From NCBI GenBank assembly GCA_031423255.1, contig JANPFD010000253.1, positions 14,941-78,940 of the forward strand: DNA of 64,000 bases, given 5' to 3'. How positions within the stretch are numbered: the first letter of the stretch is position 1; each line of letters starts with the position of its first letter. Positions 9,038 to 18,610 of the stretch are shown one piece after another. The position numbers and the translations under genes were made by a program. This DNA is from Myxococcales bacterium (GTDB taxonomy: Bacteria > Myxococcota_A > Polyangia > Fen-1088). The notes under the pieces were generated by a model. The model searched no databases. It worked only from the letters and a program-made list of their open reading frames with translations, and had not been told where the DNA came from.

Positions 9038-9954
9038 AGCGCGCCGTCCTGCTCCTCGTCCTTCTGGGTGCCTGCCGGTCACGCGGCCCGTTCACGCAGT
9101 CCCTGGCGCTGGGCGGCGGCAAGTCGGTCGCCCCCGAGGTGCTGAACGACGGACACGAGGGGTACATGCTGTACTGCTACGCCTGCCATGGCGAGAAGGG
9201 TGACGGTCGTGGCCCGTCGGCGCCCGGGATGCGACCGCCGCCGCGCGACTTCACCCAGGGCATGTTCAAGTTCGCCGGCGTCTCGGCGGGCGAGTTGCCC
9301 AACGACGACGATCTGGTGGCGCTGGTGCGCAGCGGCCTCGAAGGGACGCCGATGCTCGCCTGGGACATTCCCGAGCGCGAGCGCAACGCCATCGTGCAGT
9401 TCCTCAAGACCTTCTCCGAGCGCTGGAAGACCGAGACCCCCGGTGAAAGGGTCGTCCCCGACGCCGCGGATCCCTGGACCGGCAAGGAGGCGGAGGCGAT
9501 CGAGCTCGGTGAGCGCATCTACCACCTGCAGGGTGCCGAGATGAACGCCGCCGGTCAGCCGGTGCACATCTACGCCGGCTGCAACGCCTGCCACCCGAGC
9601 TACCTGGCGAAGGCCGAGCTGGACAAGCTGTCGCAGCGGGTGCTGAAGAAGCCGGCCGAGCTGCGCGAGGATCCGTTCCGCCCCGCGGCGAAGGAGAGCG
9701 AGTACAAGATCGGCGAGCACAAGCTTCCGCTGCTACCGACGGACTTCATGTTTCATCCCATCAAGACGGGCACGGGCCTCGAGTCGCTCTACCGGACCAT
9801 CGGCGCCGGCATCGGCGGCACGGCCATGCCGTTCTGGAAGGCGGCCATCAACAACGCGGACATGTGGGCACTGGCGCACTACGTGCGCAGCGTGGCCCAA
9901 AAGCGCGGCACCGCCGAAGCGATGGCGTTGCAGGCCAAGCTGGTCGCGGAGTAG
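9034..9954 (+). CDS. Dihaem c-type cytochrome lipoprotein
   Basis: Lipobox LLVLLGAC. Two CxxCH motifs (CYACH, CNACH) and distal Met candidates (GTPMLAW, GGTAMPFW). ATGA overlap with the upstream gene. Confidence 0.85.
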   Translation: MKRAVLLLVLLGACRSRGPFTQSLALGGGKSVAPEVLNDGHEGYMLYCYACHGEKGDGRGPSAPGMRPPPRDFTQGMFKFAGVSAGELPNDDDLVALVRSGLEGTPMLAWDIPERERNAIVQFLKTFSERWKTETPGERVVPDAADPWTGKEAEAIELGERIYHLQGAEMNAAGQPVHIYAGCNACHPSYLAKAELDKLSQRVLKKPAELREDPFRPAAKESEYKIGEHKLPLLPTDFMFHPIKTGTGLESLYRTIGAGIGGTAMPFWKAAINNADMWALAHYVRSVAQKRGTAEAMALQAKLVAE

Positions 9955-9963
9955 CCCCCCGCT

Positions 9964-11331
9964 TCACTGGCAGCGGTTGTCGCTGCAGTTGTCGCTGCAC
10001 TTCTCGACGCGCCCCCACTGGCCGTCGGAGCCGCAGACCTGTTGCTTCTTGGGGTTGTAGCAACGAGTCGACCCGGGCGTGCAGGCGCCGCCGGCACATT
10101 CACCGTCCTCGCAGCGCACGTCGCAGCTCGCCTCGTCGACCCACTGGCCGAGGCTGTTGCACTGACGTGGCGTGAGGTCACGACAGCTGCGCGCGCCGGG
10201 CACACACTCGCCGACGCAGGCGCCGGCCGAGCATGCGAACTGGCAGACGTCCCCGTCTTGCCAGCGGTAGCTGGCGTCGCACACCTGCACCTGCCCACCG
10301 TCGCAGCGACGCTGGCCTGGCGTGCATTCCCCGGCGCACCGCCCCGCCGAGCAGACGTAGGCGCACGAGGCGCCGCTCTGCCAGGTTCCACGCGCGTCGC
10401 AGGTCTGGGGGGTGGTGCCGCTGCACTGGAGGCTGCCGGGAGCGCAGACCCCCGTACACGCGCCCGCGGAGCAAAGGTACGTGCAGACGGTCCCGCTCTG
10501 CCAGCGGCCATCGGCGGTACAGGTCTGGGGGGTGGTGCCGCTGCACTGGCGGGCGCCCGGCGTGCACATCCCCTGGCAGGCGCCGTCGCTGCAAACGAAG
10601 GAACAAGCGCTCGCACTCTGCCAGCGCCCGGAAGCGTCGCAGGTACGTGGGACCTGTCCGATGCACTCCCGGCTGCCGGGCTCGCACTCGCCCGTGCAGG
10701 TGCCGGAGCTGCAGACGTACGCGCACGCGGGCTCGTTCACCCAGTGGCCGCCGTCGTCGCATCGGGTGGGGACGTCGCTCGCGCAGCGCCGCGTGCCGGG
10801 CGCACATTCGCCCGTGCAGGTGCCGGACGAGCAGACATACGGGCACGACGTGCCAGGGGTCCAGCGCCCGCTCACGCAAAGGTACGGCGTGCGCCCATTG
10901 CACTGCTTCTCGCCCGAGACACAGTCGCTCGCGCATCGACCCATCAGGCAGCCGTACGTGCAGCGGGCGCCGGGCACCCACTTGCGGCTGGCATCGCAGG
11001 TCTCGGGCACGTCGCCGTTGCAGCGAGCTGCCCCGGTCGTGCAGGCAGGCGGCGCCATGTCCACGGCCCGCGCATCAGCGCGCGCATCGGGACGGACATC
11101 GACGCGGGGGCCATCGACCGCGGGGGAGGCGTCCGGAGGACGGACGGCGACGTCGGTACGGGCAGGCCCATCGGTCGTCACCGGGGCGTCGGCCATCGGC
11201 TCGGGAGCCTCGAGGCCAGCGTCCGTCGAGGTGGTGGCGTCATCGGTCTGCCGGCGCCCGAGCCCCGTGACGTCGGTGCTGCAAGCCGAGGCACAAAAAA
11301 CACAGATGAAAAAGGTACTTAGCGGTCGCAT
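9964..11331 (-). CDS. Secreted or lipoprotein with nine tandem ~40-aa six-cysteine repeats
   Basis: Signal peptide MRPLSTFFICVFCASAC. Nine units of the type C-x-PG-xx-x-C-x-G-xxP-xx-CD-xx-G-x-W-x5-C-xx-x-CS-x-G-x-C-x-G-x. Confidence 0.8.
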   Translation of the reverse strand: MRPLSTFFICVFCASACSTDVTGLGRRQTDDATTSTDAGLEAPEPMADAPVTTDGPARTDVAVRPPDASPAVDGPRVDVRPDARADARAVDMAPPACTTGAARCNGDVPETCDASRKWVPGARCTYGCLMGRCASDCVSGEKQCNGRTPYLCVSGRWTPGTSCPYVCSSGTCTGECAPGTRRCASDVPTRCDDGGHWVNEPACAYVCSSGTCTGECEPGSRECIGQVPRTCDASGRWQSASACSFVCSDGACQGMCTPGARQCSGTTPQTCTADGRWQSGTVCTYLCSAGACTGVCAPGSLQCSGTTPQTCDARGTWQSGASCAYVCSAGRCAGECTPGQRRCDGGQVQVCDASYRWQDGDVCQFACSAGACVGECVPGARSCRDLTPRQCNSLGQWVDEASCDVRCEDGECAGGACTPGSTRCYNPKKQQVCGSDGQWGRVEKCSDNCSDNRCQ

Positions 11332-11441
11332 CTGGGGCCCCCTCGGGTGACGGCGAGAGCAGTGTGTGGGTAATAGTACAGAAAGAACCCACGGCGCAGT
11401 AGGGGTAAGTCTCGGTGGTCGCAGGCGCCAGGGGTGCTGGT

Positions 11442-12518
11442 ATGCTGCCCCCTGTCATGTCCCGCCCCGTCCGAGACGTTCACGTCGCCAGCGTTGGTCC
11501 CCTCATCGCGCCGAGCACGTTGGTCGCCGAGATCCCGCTGGGCGATCGCGGGGCGGAGACCATCGCCACCGCCCGCGAGGAGATCTGCGGGCTCATCCAG
11601 GGCCGGGACCGACGCCTCCTGGTGGTGGTCGGCCCGTGCAGCATCCATGATCTTGCGGCCGCCCGGGAGTACGCCGACTTCTTGATCGAGGAGCGGCGCA
11701 AGTACGCCGGGACGCTGGTGCTGCTGATGCGGGTCTACTTCGAGAAGCCCAGGACGACCGTCGGGTGGAAAGGGCTCATCAATGATCCTCACCTGGACGG
11801 CAGCCACGACATGGAGACGGGCCTGCGCACCGGCCGCACGCTGTTGCGCGACCTGGCCGAACGTGGCCTGCCGGCGGCCTCCGAGGTGCTGGATCCGATA
11901 AGCCCGCAGTACCTGGCCGAGCTCCTGAGCTGGGCCGCCATCGGCGCTCGCACCATCGAGAGCCAGACCCACCGCGAGATGGCCTCGGGCCTGTCGATGC
12001 CGATCGGCCTCAAGAACGGGACCGACGGGACCCTGCCGACGGCGCTGAATGCCATGCGCTCCGCCCGCGAGCCGCATCGTTTTCTGGGCATCGACGTCGA
12101 GGGTCGCGCCTCGATGATTGCCACCACTGGCAACCGCGACACGCACCTGGTCCTGCGCGGCGGCCTCTCGGGCCCCAACTTCCAGGAACCGCACGTGCGC
12201 GCCGCCAGCGATGCCCTGCAGAGCATGGGCCTGTGCCCGCGGGTGATGATCGACTGCAGCCACGACAACAGCAGCAAGGACTACACGCGCCAGCCCGAGG
12301 TCTGCGCCGACCTGGCGAGGCAGGTCCGGGCGGGCGCGCCGATCCTGGGTGCGATGATCGAATCGAATCTGGTCGCGGGCAAGCAAGCCTTCCCGAGCGC
12401 GAAACTGCGCTACGGCCAGAGCATCACCGACGGGTGCGTGGATCTGCCGGCCACGTCCCGCATGCTGGCCGAGCTCGCGGAAGCCGTGGCCTCCGCGAGC
12501 CGACCGTCAGGGCTCTAG
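11442..12518 (+). CDS. 3-deoxy-7-phosphoheptulonate (DAHP) synthase, class I (AroF/G/H type)
   Basis: RLLVVVGPCSIHD, LLMRVYFEKPRTTVGWKGLINDP and IDCSHDNS are classic class I DAHP synthase blocks. The start is ATG 11442 or 11457; the track start is 11415. Confidence 0.9.
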   Translation: MLPPVMSRPVRDVHVASVGPLIAPSTLVAEIPLGDRGAETIATAREEICGLIQGRDRRLLVVVGPCSIHDLAAAREYADFLIEERRKYAGTLVLLMRVYFEKPRTTVGWKGLINDPHLDGSHDMETGLRTGRTLLRDLAERGLPAASEVLDPISPQYLAELLSWAAIGARTIESQTHREMASGLSMPIGLKNGTDGTLPTALNAMRSAREPHRFLGIDVEGRASMIATTGNRDTHLVLRGGLSGPNFQEPHVRAASDALQSMGLCPRVMIDCSHDNSSKDYTRQPEVCADLARQVRAGAPILGAMIESNLVAGKQAFPSAKLRYGQSITDGCVDLPATSRMLAELAEAVASASRPSGL

Positions 12519-13033
12519 TCGCGGACGCCGCCGTCCTGCAAACGGCACACGCCTCCGCTGCAATCTCTCGAGCAGCACTCGCTGTCGCCGAGGCAGACCA
12601 CTCCGCCTTCCGAGCAGAGTGGCTCGTCAGCGAAGTCGACGCTCAGCTTGGCGCGACCGTTGCGGTGCAACGTGAGCGCAACCGTGGCGGTGCGGCCGAT
12701 CACGATGGATGTGGGCGCGGGGTCGCTGATCCAGGCCGGTACCGTTGTCCTGGTGACCGCCTGGCAACCGTGGCCGAAGGCCTCGGCCAGGAACTCGACA
12801 GTCCCGAGCGGCAGACCGGCGAACGACTCGTTCACCGAGCCACCCGACACGACGTCCAGCTCCCGGCTGACGGTGCGGTTATTGCCGGCCGCGGTCAGAC
12901 GCACGCAGGAGACATCGCCAGGGACGGTTCCGATCGCCAGACGGACCTGCACCTCCCCCTCGCCGGGAGACCCGGCACAGCCGAAAAGTAGAAACAAACA
13001 CGCGGGCCACATTCGATACGGGGACATGGACAT
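12515..13033 (-). CDS. Lipoprotein with a C-terminal six-cysteine knottin-like module
   Basis: Lipobox LFLLFGCAG. A beta-rich middle region. C-terminus CSEGGVVCLGDSECCSRDCSGGVC. Convergent 4-nt overlap with the DAHP synthase gene. Confidence 0.7.
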   Translation of the reverse strand: MSMSPYRMWPACLFLLFGCAGSPGEGEVQVRLAIGTVPGDVSCVRLTAAGNNRTVSRELDVVSGGSVNESFAGLPLGTVEFLAEAFGHGCQAVTRTTVPAWISDPAPTSIVIGRTATVALTLHRNGRAKLSVDFADEPLCSEGGVVCLGDSECCSRDCSGGVCRLQDGGVRD

Positions 13034-13105
13034 GGAGACCTCCTTTCAGGTCGCCGCCCTTGTCGGCCGCCGTGCGCCATAGTTGCGCGCGCCAGGCCAG
13101 GCGCG

Positions 13106-13134
13106 TTGACTCGCGCATCGCCGCGGAATAGCTT
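13106..13134 (+). promoter_or_regulatory. Candidate sigma70-type promoter of glyA (TTGACT-N17-TAGCTT)
   Basis: TTGACT at 13106-13111, a 17-nt spacer, then TAGCTT at 13129-13134. The glyA ATG lies only 8 nt after the -10 element, so the mRNA would be leaderless or near-leaderless. Confidence 0.3.
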
Positions 13135-13142
13135 GCGGAACC

Positions 13143-14392
<1,250 letters not shown>

Positions 14393-14396
<4 letters not shown>

Positions 14397-14911
14397 AGGC
14401 CTTCGTGATCGCCGCCGTCCTCCTGGTCGCCGCCCCCGCGCGCGCCGAGGTGATCGAGCTGCTCGACAAGACGAAGATGAACGGCAAGGTCGTCCACTAC
14501 TACGACGGCGTCTTCACCATCGAGACCCAGGGTTCGACCATCAAGGTGCCCAAGGAGAAGATCCGGTCGATCAGCTACACGCTGCCGCCGCCGCGGCCCG
14601 AGTTCTCGACCGCCGAGAAGACCTTCGACCGCTGGCGCAAGGCTCTCGTCGACGGCGACCTCGAGAAGGTGATCGACTGTTACGCCCTGATGTACCAGGG
14701 GATGCTGGCGTCGCAGGTGGGCCAGGTCAGCGACGGCCTCAAGAAGATGCAGAAGGAGATCGAGGGTACGAAGTTCTCCGTCAAGGGCTCGTCGGTGAAG
14801 GGTGAGACCGCCTCGCTCAAGGTGCTACGGCAGAAGGGCGAGGACTCGGAGACCGGCGAGATTGCCTTCGTGCGCGAGAACGGCGAATGGAAGATGCTCC
14901 CGCCGCAGTGA
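14393..14911 (+). CDS. Secreted hypothetical protein (172 aa; possible NTF2/SnoaL-like C-terminal half)
   Basis: Sec signal MKAFVIAAVLLVAAPARA. ATGA overlap with the glyA stop. The track ORF 14285..14911 carries a false extension. Confidence 0.7.
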
Positions 14912-14915
14912 TCGC

Positions 14916-17900
14916 GTGCGCACCCGGCTTCTCCTCGCAATAGCGGCTCTGTTCGCCCTGGGTGGGACTGCCCGCGCGGGCACGAACCTGAGCCCATTCG
15001 GCAAGCCGCGCGCGCTGAATCTGGACCCGGTACGGACCGTCGCCCAGGCCACGCCGGCCCCTGCGGCGGCCTGCAAGAAGGACGCGGACTGCGCGGCCGG
15101 GACCATCTGCGAGGACGGCACCTGCCGCGCCTTCGAGCGCGCCACCAACATCCTCCTGTTCCGCAAGGAGGGGCCCAGCACCGCCTTCCTGCCGTTTTAT
15201 TTTTCGCGCCGGGGCTCTCCCGGTCACCGGGTCATCGTTCCGTTCTACTGGCACTTCTGGAGCAGCGAGGACAAGGCCAAGATCGTCGCCCCGTTCTACT
15301 GGCACTTCGAAGACCACGTGAAACAGCGCTTCGTGACCGTGGTCGGTCTCTACTCGCACACGCGCCAGCCCGACGCCCAGTCCTGGGCCGTCTGGCCCTT
15401 CTTCTACCGTTCGACGAAGTTCGGCTGGGCGGCGCCGCTCCTGGGGTCGTTCAAGATCGCCAACCCCGACGAGGGCAAGGCGATGGGCCTCTACGGCTTC
15501 CTCTACTTCTGGAAGCGAGCGCCGGGTGGCCGCGCCTTCGATCTCGGCTTCCCGCTGTTCGTCTCCAAGCGGTCGGACGCCAGCGCGTTCACCTTCGCCT
15601 TGCCGCTGAACTTCTACTGGCGCAGCGGCGAGGAGAAGCACCTTTTGGCCTTGCCGCTCCTCTACCGTTCGTGGGACAGGGAGAACCAGTTCGCGCTGAC
15701 TCCGATCGGCTACGGATCCTCGGCGCCGGGCAACGCCGAGAAGGGGGCCATCTTCTGGCTCTACTGGTTCAGCCGCCAGAAGGCCTCGCAGTACGACGTT
15801 CTGTTCCCGGTGCTCTGGAGCTTCCGTTCCCCCGCTTCGAACACCACGGTGCTACCGCCGCTTTTGCACCTGCGGCGCGGCGCCTCCAGTTTCACCACCG
15901 TGTTCCCGCTCTGGTGGTCGGCGAAGGACACCGACAAGGGGTCGGGCTGGAAGCTTCTGCTACCCGTTTACTTTTCGCGCACCAGCGCCGAGGGCAAGCG
16001 GCACATGTGGCTGACCCCGCTGGGCGGCTACAAGCGCGACGACGACAAGGAATCGCGGGCGCTGACCTTCATCGTCCCACCGATCTTCTGGCGCAAGAAC
16101 GCGCAGTACGAGCTCGAGTCGTACCTGCTCCTGTACTGGAAGTACCGGAGCGTCGCCAGCGGCGCCAGCACCACGGTGGTGGGCCCTTTTTACGGCCGGG
16201 ACGACCCCCAGGGGTCCACGCGGGTCGGGTTCCCGTTCTACTGGTCCTTCCGCGACGCCCAGAGCGGCGCCACCGCCCACACGTTCTTCCCGTTCTACTT
16301 CCGCCGAAACGGCACCAGGGACACCACCACCGCCGTCGGCCTCTTCCCGATGTGGGTCTATCACCGGCGCTTCGCCGAGGGCGGCACCAGCAACGGCCTC
16401 TTCCCGCTGGTCTTCTTCGGCTCGCGCGGCGACAAGAGCCACGCCGTGGTGTTCCCGCTCTTCTGGCACTTCGCCTCCCCGCGTGGCAGCAGCACGCTGG
16501 CCCTCCCCGTCTTCTACCGCTTCACCGATCAGCACCATGCCTCGACGGGCGTCCTGCCGCTGCTGTTCTTCCAGGGCCGCGATCACCAGGCGCGCTATAC
16601 CATCCAGATCCCGTTCTTCTGGCGCTTCTCCGACGGCGAGAAGAAAACGGCGACCACCGTCGTTCCGCCGTTCTTCTACCGCTCGCGCCCCGACGGCTGG
16701 TCGGCGGGCGTTTTCCCGCTGCTGTTCGCCGGCGGTGGCGATGGGAAGAAGAGTCACTTCGTGCTGTTCCCGTTCGTCTGGCGGTTTCGCGACGACAAGC
16801 GCACCACCACCGTCGCGCTCAACTACCTCCACCGCACCGAGGGCCCGCAGACGACGGACGCCCTCTTCCCGTTGTTCCACTACCGCCGCGGCGGCGCTGA
16901 CACCAGCTTCACGCTGCTTCCGCTGGTCCACTACCGGAGGACCGCCACCACCAGCACCTTCGTGTCGCCACTGGCCGCCTGGACACGCACGCCCGAGCGC
17001 AAGGCCGGGGTGATCATCCCTTACTTCTGGTACCAGAGCGCCCGCATCTCGGCGAGCGGTGTGCCTCCGCTCTACTTCGACGTCACACGGCACGAGACCG
17101 GCGAGCGCACCCGCCTCATCGGCCCCTACTTCCAGCTGGACGCGCCCGGCCAGCGCACCCGCGCGCTGTTCCCGTTGTGGGCCCACTACAAGGGACCGAG
17201 CGACAGCGGCACCTTCATCTTCCCCACCTACTTCCGCCGTCGGACCGACGCCGGCTACCGCCTGGACACCATCTTCCCGCTCTACTGGCGCTCGACCTGG
17301 CCCGGCCACAGCACCACCGTCGTCGGCCCGTTCTTCCACCACGGTGCGCCCGACGGGCACAGCACGGGCCTTCTGCCGCTGTTCGTGTACAGCACCAACG
17401 CCCATCGGCGCTTCCTGGCGACGCTCCTCTTCGTGCGCCACTCGAACTTCGACACCGGAACCACGCGCACGTTCTCGCCGCTGTACTTCAGCTCGTACCG
17501 GCGCGACGGGTATACCAGCGTCTTCTTCCCGCTGTGGTGGGCCGGCGGCGACAAGACTGGTGATCACCGGGTGTTCTTCCCGCTCTACTGGCACTTCGGC
17601 AGCACCCGGGAGAACTGGTCCTTCAACCTGGCCGGCCCGCTCCTGTGGTCACACAACGGCTCGCGCCGCACGCGCGGCCTCATGCCGATCGCCTGGTACT
17701 CGCGCGACGAGCAGAACGGCGTCGCTTCCAACGCCGTCCTGCCTCTTTTCTATGAACGCCACGGCCGCGCCGATCGCATGGTGCTGACGCTGCCGTTCGG
17801 CTTCCGCTCGGCGCCGGACCGCGGCTGGTTCTACGCCGGCCCGTTCGTGTACAAGAACACCTGGAACACCACCTTCTGGACGCTGTTCCCTCTGTGGTTC

Positions 17901-18593
17901 AGTCACACCGACAAGGTCACGGAGGCGCACACCCGCGTGGTGCCCCCGTTGCTGCACTACAGTCGATCGAGCCCCGAACGATCGCTGTGGACGGCCGCAC
18001 TCCTGTTCTGGCGCCACCGGGACATCACCTCGTCGACGACGCTGGGGCTGCCGCTCTTCTACGACGTGCACTCGTTTCACCAGAGCCGGGTGACGCTGCT
18101 CTTGCCGCTCTTCTTCCGCTACCGCAGCGATACCAGCGGCAACACCTACACCTTCGCGCCGCTCTTCTACCGACGCAGCAGCGCCGAAGACGCCACCACC
18201 GTCGCCTTCCCCCTGGTGTGGGACTTCAAGGGGAGCGAGAAGCGCACCACCATCGTGTTTCCCTTCTACGCCGGCTTCCGCCGCCCCAACTGGCAGGGCC
18301 GCTACATCTTCCCGAACGTCTGGTACCGCACCGGACTCGGCACCGACGCGGGGACATCGCGTTTCTTCTTCTTCCCCCTGTGGGAGTCGGCGGTGAAGCG
18401 CCCCGGCGATTACATGTGGGAGGCGCTGCTGGGCCTGGTCGGCTGGGAACGCATCGGCCGCAACCGCTTCCTCAAGCTGTTCTTCATCCCCTTCGAACTC
18501 GAGCCCGCGCCGGCCGCCCGAACCGCCTGGTATGGGCGAACGCCGCGGCCGACCCGGCAGCGCGCCAAGAGCCTCAGCCCGCAGCTGTGGTGA
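14916..18593 (+). CDS. Giant secreted repeat protein (1225 aa) built of FP(L/F)(F/Y)W-type ~20-aa repeats
   Basis: GTG 14916 lies 4 nt after the upstream stop. Signal RTRLLLAIAALFALGGTARA. A 4-Cys mini-module CKKDADCAAGTICEDGTC follows, then about 55-60 repeats (VPFYWHF, FPLFWHF, FPLYWRS, IPFFWRF, ...). Confidence 0.8.
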   Translation: MRTRLLLAIAALFALGGTARAGTNLSPFGKPRALNLDPVRTVAQATPAPAAACKKDADCAAGTICEDGTCRAFERATNILLFRKEGPSTAFLPFYFSRRGSPGHRVIVPFYWHFWSSEDKAKIVAPFYWHFEDHVKQRFVTVVGLYSHTRQPDAQSWAVWPFFYRSTKFGWAAPLLGSFKIANPDEGKAMGLYGFLYFWKRAPGGRAFDLGFPLFVSKRSDASAFTFALPLNFYWRSGEEKHLLALPLLYRSWDRENQFALTPIGYGSSAPGNAEKGAIFWLYWFSRQKASQYDVLFPVLWSFRSPASNTTVLPPLLHLRRGASSFTTVFPLWWSAKDTDKGSGWKLLLPVYFSRTSAEGKRHMWLTPLGGYKRDDDKESRALTFIVPPIFWRKNAQYELESYLLLYWKYRSVASGASTTVVGPFYGRDDPQGSTRVGFPFYWSFRDAQSGATAHTFFPFYFRRNGTRDTTTAVGLFPMWVYHRRFAEGGTSNGLFPLVFFGSRGDKSHAVVFPLFWHFASPRGSSTLALPVFYRFTDQHHASTGVLPLLFFQGRDHQARYTIQIPFFWRFSDGEKKTATTVVPPFFYRSRPDGWSAGVFPLLFAGGGDGKKSHFVLFPFVWRFRDDKRTTTVALNYLHRTEGPQTTDALFPLFHYRRGGADTSFTLLPLVHYRRTATTSTFVSPLAAWTRTPERKAGVIIPYFWYQSARISASGVPPLYFDVTRHETGERTRLIGPYFQLDAPGQRTRALFPLWAHYKGPSDSGTFIFPTYFRRRTDAGYRLDTIFPLYWRSTWPGHSTTVVGPFFHHGAPDGHSTGLLPLFVYSTNAHRRFLATLLFVRHSNFDTGTTRTFSPLYFSSYRRDGYTSVFFPLWWAGGDKTGDHRVFFPLYWHFGSTRENWSFNLAGPLLWSHNGSRRTRGLMPIAWYSRDEQNGVASNAVLPLFYERHGRADRMVLTLPFGFRSAPDRGWFYAGPFVYKNTWNTTFWTLFPLWFSHTDKVTEAHTRVVPPLLHYSRSSPERSLWTAALLFWRHRDITSSTTLGLPLFYDVHSFHQSRVTLLLPLFFRYRSDTSGNTYTFAPLFYRRSSAEDATTVAFPLVWDFKGSEKRTTIVFPFYAGFRRPNWQGRYIFPNVWYRTGLGTDAGTSRFFFFPLWESAVKRPGDYMWEALLGLVGWERIGRNRFLKLFFIPFELEPAPAARTAWYGRTPRPTRQRAKSLSPQLW

Positions 18594-18610
18594 CGGGCGC
18601 CCTGGTTACA

